Shown: positions 51,492 to 64,000 of the stretch, piece by piece
Layout of the letters: each line of letters begins with the position of its first letter
How positions within the stretch are numbered: position 1 is the stretch's first letter
Assembly: GCF_006345805.1 (NCBI RefSeq)
Contig: NC_043002.1
Coordinates: 90,458,001 to 90,522,000, forward strand
Length of the DNA: 64,000 bases
Reading direction: 5' to 3'
Source of the DNA: Octopus sinensis
Lineage: Eukaryota
Notes under the pieces: generated by a model
Databases searched by the model: none
Told to the model about the DNA's origin: nothing
The model's input: only the letters and a program-made list of their open reading frames with translations
Made by a program: the position numbers and the translations under genes

Positions 51492-52596
51492 GTGAGTAGA
51501 AAATTATGTTGTAGGTATATAGAAAAACTTACTGAAAGATGAGTACAAATGTATATCCAAAGTCAAGTGTGTATATAAATGGTTGATAAAATATCTATAC
51601 CTGTAGTTGATCTAATTAATTTAAGGAATGGAATGGTACATCCCACTGCATAGCACCTTGGGCAAGTGTCTTCTACTATAGCCTCAGGTTGACCAAAGCC
51701 TTGTGAGTGGATTTGGTAGATGAAAACTGAAAGAAGCCTATCATATATATATATGTTTGTGTCTGTGTTTGTTCCCCCCATCACCACTTGACAACTGGTG
51801 TTGGTGTGTTTAAGTCCTTGTAACTTAGTGGTTCAGCAAAAGAAACTGATAGAATAAATACTTGGTCAGGTTTATGAATGCATGCATAAAACTGGAAGTT
51901 CTCATTATGGGTTACGAAATCTCTCACTTACAGAGGGAATGTTTCACCATCAACATTTAACATCCACTTTTCCATACTTGCATGGGTCAGACAGAATTTG
52001 TTAAAGCAGATTTTTCTATGGCCAGATGCTCTTCATATAGCCAGCTCACACTTATTTCCAGGCAAGGTATTATTTCCCTATAGTTAGAAATGCTTTCTAT
52101 GGAAGACTGGAAATGAACATCCTTACTTATATAATCCTTTATACTAAAGGCACAAGGCCTGAAATTATAGAAGAGGGCACTAGTCAATTACATTGACCCC
52201 AGTGTTTCACTGGTACTTAATTTATCGACCCCGAAAGGATCAAAGGCAAAGTCAACCTTGGCAGAATTTGAACTGAGAACATAAAGATAGACAAAATACC
52301 ACTAAGTATTTTGCCCCGTGTGCTAATGATTCTGACAGCTCACCATCTTTCCTCATCTGTATAATGATAATATTCATTTACAACCACCAATTAATATGTA
52401 AACATGGGTATACCTCACACACACATGCATGTGTATGTGTGTGAGTGTGTGTGTATGCACACACATATAGATATGTCTGTATGTGTGTGTATATATACTT
52501 AGAATACTTGATAAGTTTCAGTCAGGATTGGTCCAGGCCATGGCTAACTTAATTACACCATCTGAGAAAGACATTTAGTGATGTTTTATATTACAG

Positions 52597-52815
52597 TCAT
52601 TCTTTAGGTATCATAGTCCATTTGAGTAAACAGTTATTGTTTGCAGAGATATATCCAGGTGTAGGTGGGTTATCTGAAATTTGTTGGAGACATTTGTCCA
52701 GGAACTGTTCGAATGTTATGAGATCTCTTTCATCTATTATGTATTTTGGCATGGCGTAAAAGATAGCAGGACCAGTTGTGGTGAAATAGTTCTGTCTTAG
52801 TGTTGTGGTGTGGCA
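52597..52815 (-). mobile_element. CR1-type LINE ORF2 3' end
   Basis: YFTTTGPAIFYAMPK...FEQFLDKCLQQISDNPPTPGY...NNCLLKW. Confidence 0.75.
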
Positions 52816-52847
52816 TGTATATACTTACAAATATATATATGCATAGG

Positions 52848-52897
<50 letters not shown>

Positions 52898-53422
52898 ATG
52901 TATATACATCCTCATCACACACAAACACACACACACACACACACACACACATGACAAGTATCTTTCAGTTTCCATCTAGCAAAACTCCACTCCTCCACTC
53001 ACAAGGTTTTAGTTGGCCTTGGACTATAGAAATATACACTTGCCCAAGGTCCTACACAGTATAACTGAACCCAAGATCACATGGTTTAAAAGCAAGCTTC
53101 ATGACTATACAGTCATACAACGACTGAAGATAGTTAGAAAAAATACTCAGTGAAATGTATGGCAATGAAAATTCTTCAAATTTTGGTTAATAGTCTAATT
53201 ATCATTTTCCTGAGGAATATTAGAAACATAAACATTGACAAACTTTTGCAAAAGTTGAGAAATTGTGCACTTAAAAAATGTAGAAGGAGCCGATTATTTT
53301 GTGTTTATGAGCTTTTTAGTGTTATATTTTATGTATGTTTTATTAGGGAGAAGAAAAAAAACTATTATAATTAGGTATTACTCTAGCTCTGAGTTTAATT
53401 TGTTATGTTCTTAATTTTACAG

Positions 53423-53485
53423 ATGAGAGCCTTGGAGGAAAGAGCTATTGCTGCAGATGAAAAAGCCAAGGACAGTGAACAGCAG
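53423..53485 (+). CDS. 63-nt phase-0/0 coding exon of a coiled-coil protein (MRALEERAIAADEKAKDSEQQ)
   Basis: gttcttaattttacag acceptor, CAG|gtaagg donor, stop-free, charged helical heptad-like peptide, purine-rich against an AT-rich flank. Confidence 0.8.
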
Positions 53486-55439
53486 GTAAGGCAAACAACT
53501 TGTTTTGATTGGTCAGCTAGCTGATCAAATACAATTTTCGTAAATGGGTAAATTTACCAGTTTGAATAGTCACAGTAAGTGACTTTATTGAGATTGGTTG
53601 GTGATATGTGGATTCCAGCACTACAAGACACCAAAACAATTATTGGTTATACCTATTCCTCATGCTCCCTATTTACATACAGTAACATATGTTATGTCAC
53701 TAAAAATCAAATGTCTTTGCCATGTACATAGAGTAGTATCAAAATATGGGATACCTTTTCAGCAAAACTCCAGTGTTTTATTGACCAGCTTACAACAACT
53801 CTTGGAGACTGAGATAATCTGAATCAAATATCATCAAATACATTGAAATTAGTAGAAGACATCCAAAGAACTTGATCTCTGGTGATGCATTTGTTCACTA
53901 ATTCATATTGCTGAATTAAAATCTCAAGTATGATTTATCTATTGTAAATCAATATTGTTGGCTAATTAACTGTTGTGAATTAAAATTAAGTGGAGCAACA
54001 TCAAAAACAAATATAACCTTAAAAATAAACTACAAAAAAAAAAGAAGAGAAAAGTTGAATATTTGCAAGGAATAAATAGATCTTATGTGGCTGATTAAAA
54101 TGTAAAAGGTTCTCTCATATTTGTAATAATTGGCTTCTGTTGTAATTTTTGTTTTTGTGTAAACTTCAAACTATTAACTATAAAGTGTTGATAAAATATC
54201 ATCTTTTTTTAAAACCTCCTTTGTATTTTGCTAATTATATTGTTGCTCATCAACATCAAACAGTATTCAGTATTAATTTTGAAGGCTTTTATGAAATGAG
54301 CAATTATTTTCAGAATTATGGGTCTCAGGCCAAAAACTACACTTGTGTTCTTGGTTTGTGTTGCATTGTCATTTCATTTATAAATGCCATTTCACTTAAA
54401 CACTGTGGCTGTTATTACTTATTACTATTTTTGTCTGTATCAAATCTTTCCATTATTTTCTTATTTTATCCAAACAACAAGAGGTTTGGGCATTTGGCAA
54501 AGTTCTTTATGAAATCAGAAAAAAAAATATTTGAAAGGCTGTCAAATATTTTTAGTACAAGTCACAGAGAATTTGTCTGATAAGAGTTAGGACAAGCATG
54601 TTCAATGTTGTGATTCCCAATAAATGCTATGATATCCTATATTTGCTCTACCATACATATATCTACAAATTTAAGAAGAATTCTTTAGAGAGTAGAAACT
54701 ACACTTACTATATTCTTCAGACAATATCTACCTAGAAATGTTTATATAATAAGCACAACTACAACATTTCTACATTTTACAATATAAACATATTTGTGTT
54801 TGTTCATCTGAATTTCAAACTTAGAGTAGTTCAAAGTTGTTTTAAGTTATATTTTTTTCATCTCTTATTTTTCTGTAATGACAGATATTCTATGTCAAAC
54901 ACTCATATTGTGTGATTCACTATATATATATAGAGATGATGGATGGCTAACAGACGTATTGATATGAGTAAACATACACTTACACATACAGATATACAAA
55001 TACACATACACACTTAAGTCTATATGTACATATGTAAACATATATACACATATATACAGATATATATATATTTTTATATAAGAACATACACACTTTGTAC
55101 ATACATACATACATACATACATTCATACTCATATATGAATACATATACATGTGAAAGCACATACAGGACAATGTGTATACACCCACGCATACACATAAAT
55201 GTAAGAAACATCACAAATTTTGATCACAAGCTGTTTTAAGTGAATTTAGGTTTATTTCATGATGTCTGCTGAGTTTTCAATTTTCTTTTCTTCTGATTTT
55301 GTTCTGTCACTAAATTTTGATTCTTAGCATTTTTGGTATTGGCAGCACCAATGTTCAAAAACACATTTCTTTGCTCACTTTCTTGTGTTTTTCACCTGTC
55401 TGTCTGCCTGTCTGTTTGTCTGTCTGTCTGCCTCTCTCA

Positions 55440-55528
<89 letters not shown>

Positions 55529-55866
55529 ACATTCTCTCTCTCAAACACGAAACAACATAGAACGTATAAATTGAAGGATTTTTCTTTTACAGTACAACCA
55601 AAAGTATGCTGATGCTAGCATTGCATATATGTTTGTGTGTATGCATGTGAAGTGAGTGGGGGTGCATTTGTTGGTGTATGTGTATGTATGTATGCATGCA
55701 TGCATATACACAAATGTACTAATTAGCCATTGGTATTATTGCAAGTACTGATATTTTAAACTAAAACGAATGTAAAATATCAACAGTTCTTACTGAACAG
55801 TTTGTATTGTTAGTCTGTATCTAAGTGTTTGTATGTATGTGTAAGCAAATGTGTCTGAGGGTCCTA

Positions 55867-55900
<34 letters not shown>

Positions 55901-56704
55901 TGTTGTTGTGGTTGTCTCTTTTGAAATTTTGTGTTGCAATTTGGTGTGAATTGGAGAATAACCTCAGCTGGAATTAAAATGAGACGTGAAACTTGTGGTG
56001 AGAACATAATCCTGAAGATGGTGAACATGTCTTGTAGAAAGATCGCCTCCTCCCTTTTGGGATATGGTTTCACATCAAGAATGATGTTATATTGGAACCC
56101 CATCTCTGTATCACTTTCTGTAGATTCAAGACATTCTTTGAGAGAAAATAACAGGATATCAAAACTTGAAGTAATATTGATTTCAAATGTTGGCATAAGG
56201 CCAAGAATTTCGAAGGAGGAATTACATTAGTTATATTGTCCTCAGTGTGCGACTGGTACTTATTATATCAACCCCTGAAAGGGACAAAAGGCAAAAAATC
56301 AAACTCGGCAGAATTTGAACTCAGAATGTCAAGTCCGAAGAAATGCCACTAAGCAATTGTTCTAGCATGGTGATCATTCTGCCAGCTTGCTGCCTTAAGA
56401 CTTGAAGTAGTATTCTCAAAGATAAGTCATGTATGGGTTAGGGGTAGGAAGGAAGGGTATCTCCCATTATCTCAGACCTGACCTTTGGTCGGTTGGTAAG
56501 TAAGTCTATGACAGCAAAGAACAAAGCTAGAAATATTTTATGAGGAGAGAAATGGTATCACACACCATCGCATGACAGTCAGCTTAATTGTAGAAAGGTA
56601 TTCACATGACAAAATTTATCTCTCTTCTTTAAATATAATCAATCGTTTAGCTAACACAGTTTCAGGAAGATTTCTGACTTTAATATAATGTTTTTACTCT
56701 TTTG

Positions 56705-57085
56705 TGGAGGCGCAATGGCCCAGTGGTTAGGGCAGCGGATTCGCGGTCGTAGGATCGCGGTTTCGATTCCCAGACCGGGCGTTGTGAGTGTTTATTGAGC
56801 AAAAACACCTAAAAGCTCCACAAGGCTCCGGCAGGGATGGTGGTGATCCCTGCTGTACTCTTTCACCACAACTTTCTCTCACTCTTACTTCCTGTTTCTG
56901 TTGTACCTGTATTTCAAAGGGCCGACCTTGTTACTCTCTGTGTCATGCTGAATATCCCCAAGAACTACGTTAAGGGTACACGTGTCTGTGGAGTGCTCAG
57001 CCACTTACACGTTAATTTCACGAGCAGGCTGTTCCGTTGATCAGATCAACCGGAACCCTTGTCGTCGTAACCGACGGAGTGCTTC
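56705..57085 (+). mobile_element. SINE with C-type head/middle and third 3' body
   Basis: ggaggcgcaatggcccagtggttagggcagcgg head; 3' body shared with 22672-22850. Confidence 0.85.
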
Positions 57086-57094
57086 CTTCCTTCC

Positions 57095-57712
57095 TTTACT
57101 CTTTTACTCATTAGACTGCAGCCATTCTGGGTCACCACCTTGAAAGATCTGTTTTAGTTGAATGAATTGACCCCAGTATTTATTTTCTTACTCCATTGAT
57201 CTGGTACTTAGTCTATTGATCTCTTTTGCCAAACTGCTAAGTTACAGAACTGTAAACACACCAGCACTGGGGGGGGGGACACAAATACAAGCACAAAGAC
57301 AGACACACACATATGTGTATTTATATATGTGTATTTATATAAGGCGGCGAGCTGGCAGAAACGTTAGCATGCCGGGCGAAATGCGTAACCGTATTTTGTC
57401 TGCCGTTACGTTCTGAGTTCAAATTACGCCGAGGTCGACTTTGCCTTTCATCCTTTCGGGGTCGATAAATTAAGTACCAGTTACGCACTGGGGTCGATAT
57501 AATCGACTTCATCCATTTGTCTGTCCTTGTTTGTCCCCTCTGTGTTTAGCCTCTTGTGGGTAGTAAAGAAATATATGTGTATTTATATGATAGCCTTCTT
57601 CCAGTTTCCATCTACAAAATACACTTACAAAGCTTTGGTTGGGCTGAGGCTATAGTAGAAGACACTTGCCCAAAGTGCCATGCAGTGGGACTGAACCTGG
57701 ACTCCTGCACCT
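57095..57712 (-). mobile_element. SINE-A split by young SINE-B (57342-57570, +) with a 16-bp TSD
   Basis: atatgtgtatttatat on both sides of SINE-B. Confidence 0.85.
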
Positions 57713-58187
57713 ATGTCTAGAATATTAGCAATCATCATCTTACTCATCATTTTAATGTCCTCTCATCAATGCTTGCATGGACTGGATGGAGTTTACTGTG
57801 GCAGATTTTCTACAGCCAAATGCCCTTCCTCTTACCAGCCCTTATCTGTTTCCATGCAAAGTAATATTTCCTCATTGCCAGACATGTTTCTACAGAATAT
57901 TGGAAATTAATGACATTGCTTGTATGACAGTGACACTAATTTATAACTGTCATGCAACGTCTAGACAAGGCAATATACATGCGCATGCATACACACACAC
58001 ATTCACGTGCGTGTGCACATACACACATGCGCACACACACACACCCAAGCTTCATTCAGTTTTTGTCTCCAAAATTAGCTCACAAGGCATTAGTCAACTC
58101 TGGGCTACAATAGAAGATACTTGTCCAAGGTGCCATGCTGTAGGATTGAACCTGAAACTATGTGGTCAAGAAGCAAACATATATTAT

Positions 58188-58278
<91 letters not shown>

Positions 58279-58310
58279 TGTATGTATGTATGCATATATA
58301 CATACAAACA

Positions 58311-58590
58311 TGTGTTACACACCATACTAATCATATCTGTCAGGCATGTGGAAGAGAGTGTAATTTGGCAGGAGGACTTAAATGACATGCAAAGGTACAT
58401 GAAGCCCAGTTACAACTACAGCCGGCTATTACCGGTAAAGGTTTTAGTTGCCAATTCTGTACAAGACATTGTAGATCTTTGGCTGGGCTAAAAAGTCACA
58501 TTCGATCACAGCACCAGTAACAGTTAAGCTTCGTGCAATGGCCATACTCGATAACGAGGGGGCAGCCATAATAATACATACATACATACA
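58311..58590 (+). mobile_element. RTE 3' end with two zinc fingers, 3' hairpin and (TACA)n tail
   Basis: CQACGRECNLAGGLK*HAKVH...CQFCTRHCRSLAGLKSHIRSQHQ*; ctcgataacgag hairpin before the tail. Confidence 0.8.
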
Positions 58591-58884
58591 TCACGTGATC
58601 ACGTGACCGACCAGTCCATCAGATGTCGTTACACATCACTGGTCACAATGCGTTCGCATTGTTTTAGCCTTCGAATGATGCCACCCCGCTGGCTAAGCGA
58701 GCAGGCCAACGGAAGAAAGAGTGGTGAAAGAGTACAGCAGGGATCACCACCCCCTGCCGGAGCCTCGTGGAGCTTTTAGGTGTTTTTGCTCAATAAACAC
58801 TCACAACGCCCGGTCTGGGAATCGAAACCGCGATCCTACGACCGCGAGTCCACTGCCCTAACCACTAGGCCATTGCGCCTCCAC

Positions 58885-58885
<1 letters not shown>
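58590..58885 (-). mobile_element. SINE-C, full length
   Basis: tRNA-like head at about 58820-58885; cacgtgatcacgtga tail. Confidence 0.9.
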
Positions 58886-58917
<32 letters not shown>

Positions 58918-58983
58918 ACATACCTGATAATTGCTTTATTTCAACAGATGATAGCCATCCCATCACACAGCACAATTGCTCCA

Positions 58984-59262
58984 CTAATGAACCCTTAGAT
59001 GACTTTTAAGACCAGTTACTGATAGACATGGTTTAAAGCACAAATGGCAGTTATTAGTTAAGTTTCTTCTATATCTTTGCTTTTTGGAATCTGATTCTGA
59101 ATTAATGTTTTTGTGAAGTAGCGTAAGTCCAGATATTGTCTTACAAGTTTTTTGAAATATGACACAAGTTGTAATAGGCGGCTGGTGTCCGAGATCATTA
59201 CCTACCTGGGCATTACGATTTTCATGTGACTTCATATGATTCACATACCCTGCTTTTGACAA
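58984..59262 (-). mobile_element. Second RTE-like multi-zinc-finger C-terminal fragment
   Basis: LLSKAGYVNHMKSH...CVIFQKTCKTISGL...CHLCFKPCLSVTGLKSHLRVH*. Confidence 0.6.
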
Positions 59263-59329
59263 CAGAATATGTACATACATGTGTGTGTGTGTGGGTGTAT
59301 ACATATGTGTGTATACATACATATACATT

Positions 59330-59730
59330 CTTTTATTATTTTACTTGTTTCAGTCGTTTGACTGCAGCCATGCTGGAGCACTGCCTTAAAGCATTTCAAT
59401 CAAAGAAATCGACCCCAGAACTTATTCTTTGTAAGCCTGGTACTTATTTTATTAGTCTCTTTTGCCAAACTGCTAAGTTACAGGTACATTTACACACCAT
59501 CATCAGTTGTCAAGCAATGGGGTGAAGGACAAACACAAATACACACACATATGAAAATATATACATATATATGTGCCGCAGACTTCTTTCAGTTTCCATC
59601 TAACAAATCCACTCACAAGGCTTCGATTGGCCTGAGGATATAGCAGAAGACACTTGCCCAAGGTGCCATGAAGAGGGACTGAACCTGGAACCAAGAGGTT
59701 GGGAAGCAAGCCTCTTACCACACAACTACA
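59330..59730 (-). mobile_element. SINE-A copy
   Basis: Full family structure on the minus strand. Confidence 0.85.
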
Positions 59731-59830
59731 CTCTGCCTCTATACATATGTATACATACATACATTCATACCTACATACATATGTATACATACATACATTC
59801 ATACCTGCATACATACATATGTATACATAC

Positions 59831-59873
<43 letters not shown>

Positions 59874-60532
59874 ACAGGCTACCACACAGTTTCCATCTAC
59901 CAAATTCACTTACAAAGTATAGGTTGGCTTGGAGCTAAAATAGAAAACAATTTTGTCCAAGGTATTGCATAATGGGTCTAAACCCCAAAACCACATGGTT
60001 GCATAGGGAAACCATTTAAATCAAACATTAATGATATTAACCTCATTGGTCTCAGAAGGCTTTTAGAGATCATGGGTCTGACCCTTTCTCTAGATTCAGC
60101 AAAGTAAAGAAAAACAAAGCCTCAATAACGATTACTATCACTTCACAGAATTTTATATCACTAGAACATTTCATGTCTCCAAATCAGCTGCTTTATTACT
60201 GTTTGACTATTACATGTGTAAAATTGTGGCTGCATAGCCACGTAGTATGTTGGTTGTATGTTAGAATTCTACATACAAGGCTAACAGGTTTTTTTGATTA
60301 TCACACTTTAATTTGCAATTTTATGGATTGTTGAAATAGATTTATCAAGCAAATATTTACATATAGTTCTTGTATTACAACATAATTAAATAGCATTATT
60401 TTTGTCTTTGTTTAGTTTGTTCGTAATTAAATTTCCTCCATTGAGTTAGTTAAATTTCCTTCAAATAATTTTATATGTGAAATTTAACCCTTTTTGATAA
60501 TCTCCCTTCAGATATCATTATCATCATCATAT

Positions 60533-60693
60533 AGGCGCAGGAGTGGCTGTGTGGTAAGTAGCTTGCATACCAATCACATGGTTCCGGGTTCAGTCCCACT
60601 GTGTGACACCTTGGGCAAGTGTCTTCTACTATAGCCTCGGGCCAACCAAAGCCTTGTGAGTGGATTTGGTAGACAGAAACTGAAAGAAGCCCG

Positions 60694-60782
<89 letters not shown>

Positions 60783-60995
60783 TGTATGTTTGTGTGTCTG
60801 TGTTTGTCCCCCCCAACATCACTTGACAACCGATGCTGGTGTGTTTACGACTCCGTCACTTAGCGGTTCGGCAAGAAAGAACAATAGAATAAGTACTAGG
60901 CTTACAAAGAATAAGTCCTGGGTTGATTTGCTCGACTAAAGGTGGTGCTCCAGTATGGCCGCAGTCAAATGACTGTAACAAATAGAAGTATAAAA
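60533..60995 (+). mobile_element. SINE-A, full length, young
   Basis: Close match to 19469 and 20125 copies. Confidence 0.92.
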
Positions 60996-61139
60996 GTATG
61001 ATTTAGCGTTCCTTTTTCCATTCTGGTATGGTTTAGATGGCTTGACCGGAACTGGTAAACCAGAGAGCTGTACCAAGCTTCAGTCTGTTTTTGCTCTTCC
61101 TAATGCCAACCACTCCACAGAATGTTGTGGGTGCCTTTT

Positions 61140-61530
61140 ATATGTTACCAGCACAGGTGCCTTTTACATGTCACCAGCATGAGTGCCTCACATGTGTCAC
61201 TAGCATAACTGCATCACACAAGTCACCAGCACTGGTGCCTCACATATGTCACTGGCACAGATGCTTCACATGTGAGACCTCACATGTGTTGCCAGTGCAG
61301 GTACCTCACCTGTGACACCAGCATGAGTCCTTCACTTGTGTCACCAGCACAGGTACCTCATATGTGTCACCAGCATGAGTGCCTCAGCTGTGTCACTAGC
61401 ATGGGTGCCTCACCCATGTCACCTGCACAGGTATTTCATACATGTCACTGGCACAGGTGCCTCACTCATGTTACCAGCATAGGTACCTTACCTGTGTCAC
61501 TGGCATGAGTGCCTCATATGTGTCACTGGT
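61140..61530. repeat. 26-bp minisatellite (catgtgtcaccagcacaggtgcctca, about 14 copies) within an RTE-tail element
   Basis: Consecutive 26-nt units directly after cttcctaatgccaaccactcc. Confidence 0.85.
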
Positions 61531-63003
61531 CCTGGCCACAGCTACAATTTCACAAAGCTTGATGTGTTTTCTCAAGCAAAGCCAAAATAACCATATTCTT
61601 TCTAAGATAATTTTATGTAAGCGTTTATGGCTTGTTCTAAACACCATCAGCAAGATACCTGTTCCTGTTCCGCTATCATACTTTAACCTCTCTCATCACC
61701 TGGCATAAAGCCACTTCCATCAACATTACTCCTATCTAAGTAAAGGGGTCTTACCTTGCAAGTTACCTGGTGATGTCACTAGTGTTAGAGCCACCTAAAC
61801 AGCACCCTGTACACTCTGTAAACTGGTTTCTATAAAGAAGGGCATTAAACTATAGAAACCATGCAAAAACAGATATTAAAGCATGGTGCAGTCCTGTGGC
61901 TTGTTGGTTCATGTCAAACCATCCAATTCAGGCCAGCATCGAAAACAGACATTAAATGATGATGATGGATGATGGATGATGATTTTGCTTAATCTCCCCA
62001 AATTCTTGATTATTCTGAAATGTAATGAAATACACAGGTAGTATATTTAATTGAAAATAGAATTCAGAAATAATTAAAGGTTACAGATTATTTGAAGAGA
62101 AATAAGCCATGTTTTCAGTGAAGCTATTCACCAAATTATTGGAAAATATAGATTTATAAGTAGATCTATGGTCATGTCGTGTTGGCTAGCAATTAAAGAA
62201 TTTCTAAAAATATAATGAATGTAATTCTGCAAGATTCAGACAAAAGACAACTAGATAAGGGGATTACTCTGAGACATTACTGTCTTGTATCTGAAGACTC
62301 ATGGTGCCAGTTAATCAGTTTCCATGGCATATAAGTAACCAAGATCACAACATTGCCCTTGAATAAGATACCAGTCCATCACAGGATTACCGATAAACAG
62401 TTGAGTGAACTGGAGAAATGCAAAATGAAGTGTTTTCCCCAAGAACACAATGCGCTGCCCAGTTTGGGAATTGAAGTGATGATCTTGGGATTAAGAGTGC
62501 AACATTCTAACCACTAGGCCCCACACTTTCACAAGAGAAATTTAGAGAAGAAGGGGTTAGCTGTTTATAATGTTTGACATAAGCTACATAATGTTCGGTG
62601 ACATTCTTTAGGAGTAAGTGTTAAATTTCATTTCATGACGATATGAAAATTGCCACTTCTGCATTTTACAACATGCATGTAATACATCATATTCATCATC
62701 ATCACCACCACCACTACAATACCACTATTAGCAGCACTATTACCACCAATACTACCACCATCGTATTACACTTGCCACCCCCACCAACAACAACACCACT
62801 ACCACCAGCACCATAACTACAACACATAAATCATAAATACAGAAATCCTAATGTTCAAATGTGAGAGGGGAAAATAAACCAAAGTTGATCATTATCATTC
62901 TAATTAAGTTCTTTAATGATTTCTTAATGAGACTTTAACTAATTAGTGCAGCAGAAAAAGAACTTATAATTTTGATAGAAGTAAGTATATTAATCTCTCT
63001 GAA

Positions 63004-63063
<60 letters not shown>

Positions 63064-63184
63064 TATACATATATATATACATATATATATATATATATGT
63101 GTGTGTGTATATATATTAGATTCATTATGTCATATCAAAGTTTTTACAAACCATGTGTATGCGTGTGTTAATATCTGTATTGAC

Positions 63185-63250
63185 TTCTAGCGACGTGGGA
63201 GGCCAATCAGAAATAAGGTTCACTTTACAGAATCCATTGTTATAGCAACA
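63185..63250. promoter_or_regulatory. Candidate promoter/enhancer: CCAAT (NF-Y) box and RFX X-box
   Basis: GGCCAATCAG at 63201-63210; ATTGTT AT AGCAAC at 63236-63249; extra half-site CTAGCGAC with GACGTG at about 63187-63197. Confidence 0.4.
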
Positions 63251-63472
63251 TCTTCAGGAATTTCCGTGATGCTGGGGGTGTTCACACACATACATGATGA
63301 GCTTGATTTACAGTTTCTGTCTACCAAATCCACTCATTAGGCTTTGGAACTATAGGAAATGACATGTCAAGTGTATCATGCATTGGAACTGAACCGGGGA
63401 GCAATATGCCTGGAAAGTAAACTTCTTAACCATACAGGCATACCTGTGCATATATATATATACATATATATA

Positions 63473-63505
<33 letters not shown>

Positions 63506-63510
63506 GTATA

Positions 63511-63573
<63 letters not shown>

Positions 63574-63642
63574 ATAAATATATATATATATATATATATA
63601 AATGTATATGTGTGTATATATATATGTGTGTGTATGTGTGTG

Positions 63643-63895
63643 TGGAGGTGTGTGGCTTAGTGGTTAGGGTGTCAGCATCATGATCATAATATTGTCATTT
63701 TGATTCCTGGACGTTGGTGACACATTGTGTTCTTGAGCAAAACACTTCATTTCACGTTGATCCAGTCCACTCAGCTGGCAAAAATGAGTAACGCTGTGAT
63801 GGACTGGCATCCCATCCAGCTGGGGAACACATATGCCATAGAAGCAAGGAAACCGGGCCCATGGTCCTGGCTAGGCTTTAAAAGAGTGCAGTTAT
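63643..63895 (+). mobile_element. SINE-D, near full length
   Basis: Matches 48836-49085. Confidence 0.88.
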
Positions 63896-64000
63896 TTTTT
63901 TTATTATTATTATATATATATATGTATAAAAAATATATATAAAAATACAAAATGGGACAAGAACGCAAAACATTCAAATAGACGATACAAAAAATGGACA

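Noticed and set aside
54149-54580. 143-aa ORF
   Set aside because: AT-rich, TTG start, no motif or splice support; consistent with chance.
55593-55603. 11-nt microexon candidate (tttacag|TACAACCAAAA|gtatgc)
   Set aside because: The splice sites are good but it is too short to distinguish from chance without RNA data.
56705-56780. tRNA gene candidates (also 58820-58885, 48836, 19469)
   Set aside because: These are tRNA-like SINE heads continuing into SINE bodies, not standalone tRNA genes.
63230-63262. Minus-strand CTGAAGA-TGTT/AACA hammerhead candidate
   Set aside because: GAAA is absent (ATGG instead); the stem is just the X-box palindrome.

Overview
This is an AT-rich, microsatellite-dense eukaryotic window. 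Its repeat families suggest a cephalopod, probably Octopus (inference). Nearly all listed ORFs are microsatellite or transposon artefacts. Most of the window is intron-like or intergenic DNA packed with mobile elements: at least four tRNA-derived SINE families (working labels A-D), RTE and CR1/L2 LINE fragments, Penelope-like element (PLE) remnants, two mariner relics with intact TIRs, hAT MITEs and two Helitron-type copies. Only one host exon is well supported (53423-53485, + strand, coiled-coil peptide MRALEERAIAADEKAKDSEQQ); several weaker small exons are also listed. The most interesting signal is a set of about nine minimal type-I hammerhead-ribozyme motifs in PLE-like remnants. One looks intact with a GUC site (27968-28012), two carry a compensatory U3-A8 core inside a 620-bp fold-back palindrome, and one was recently duplicated locally. 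Other notable items are a six-fold tandem amplification of an RTE 3' end, repeated insertions into the internal microsatellite of SINE-A, and an NF-Y plus RFX X-box promoter-like patch near 63.2 kb. No database searches or folding programs were run; all motifs were read by eye and many boundaries are approximate.
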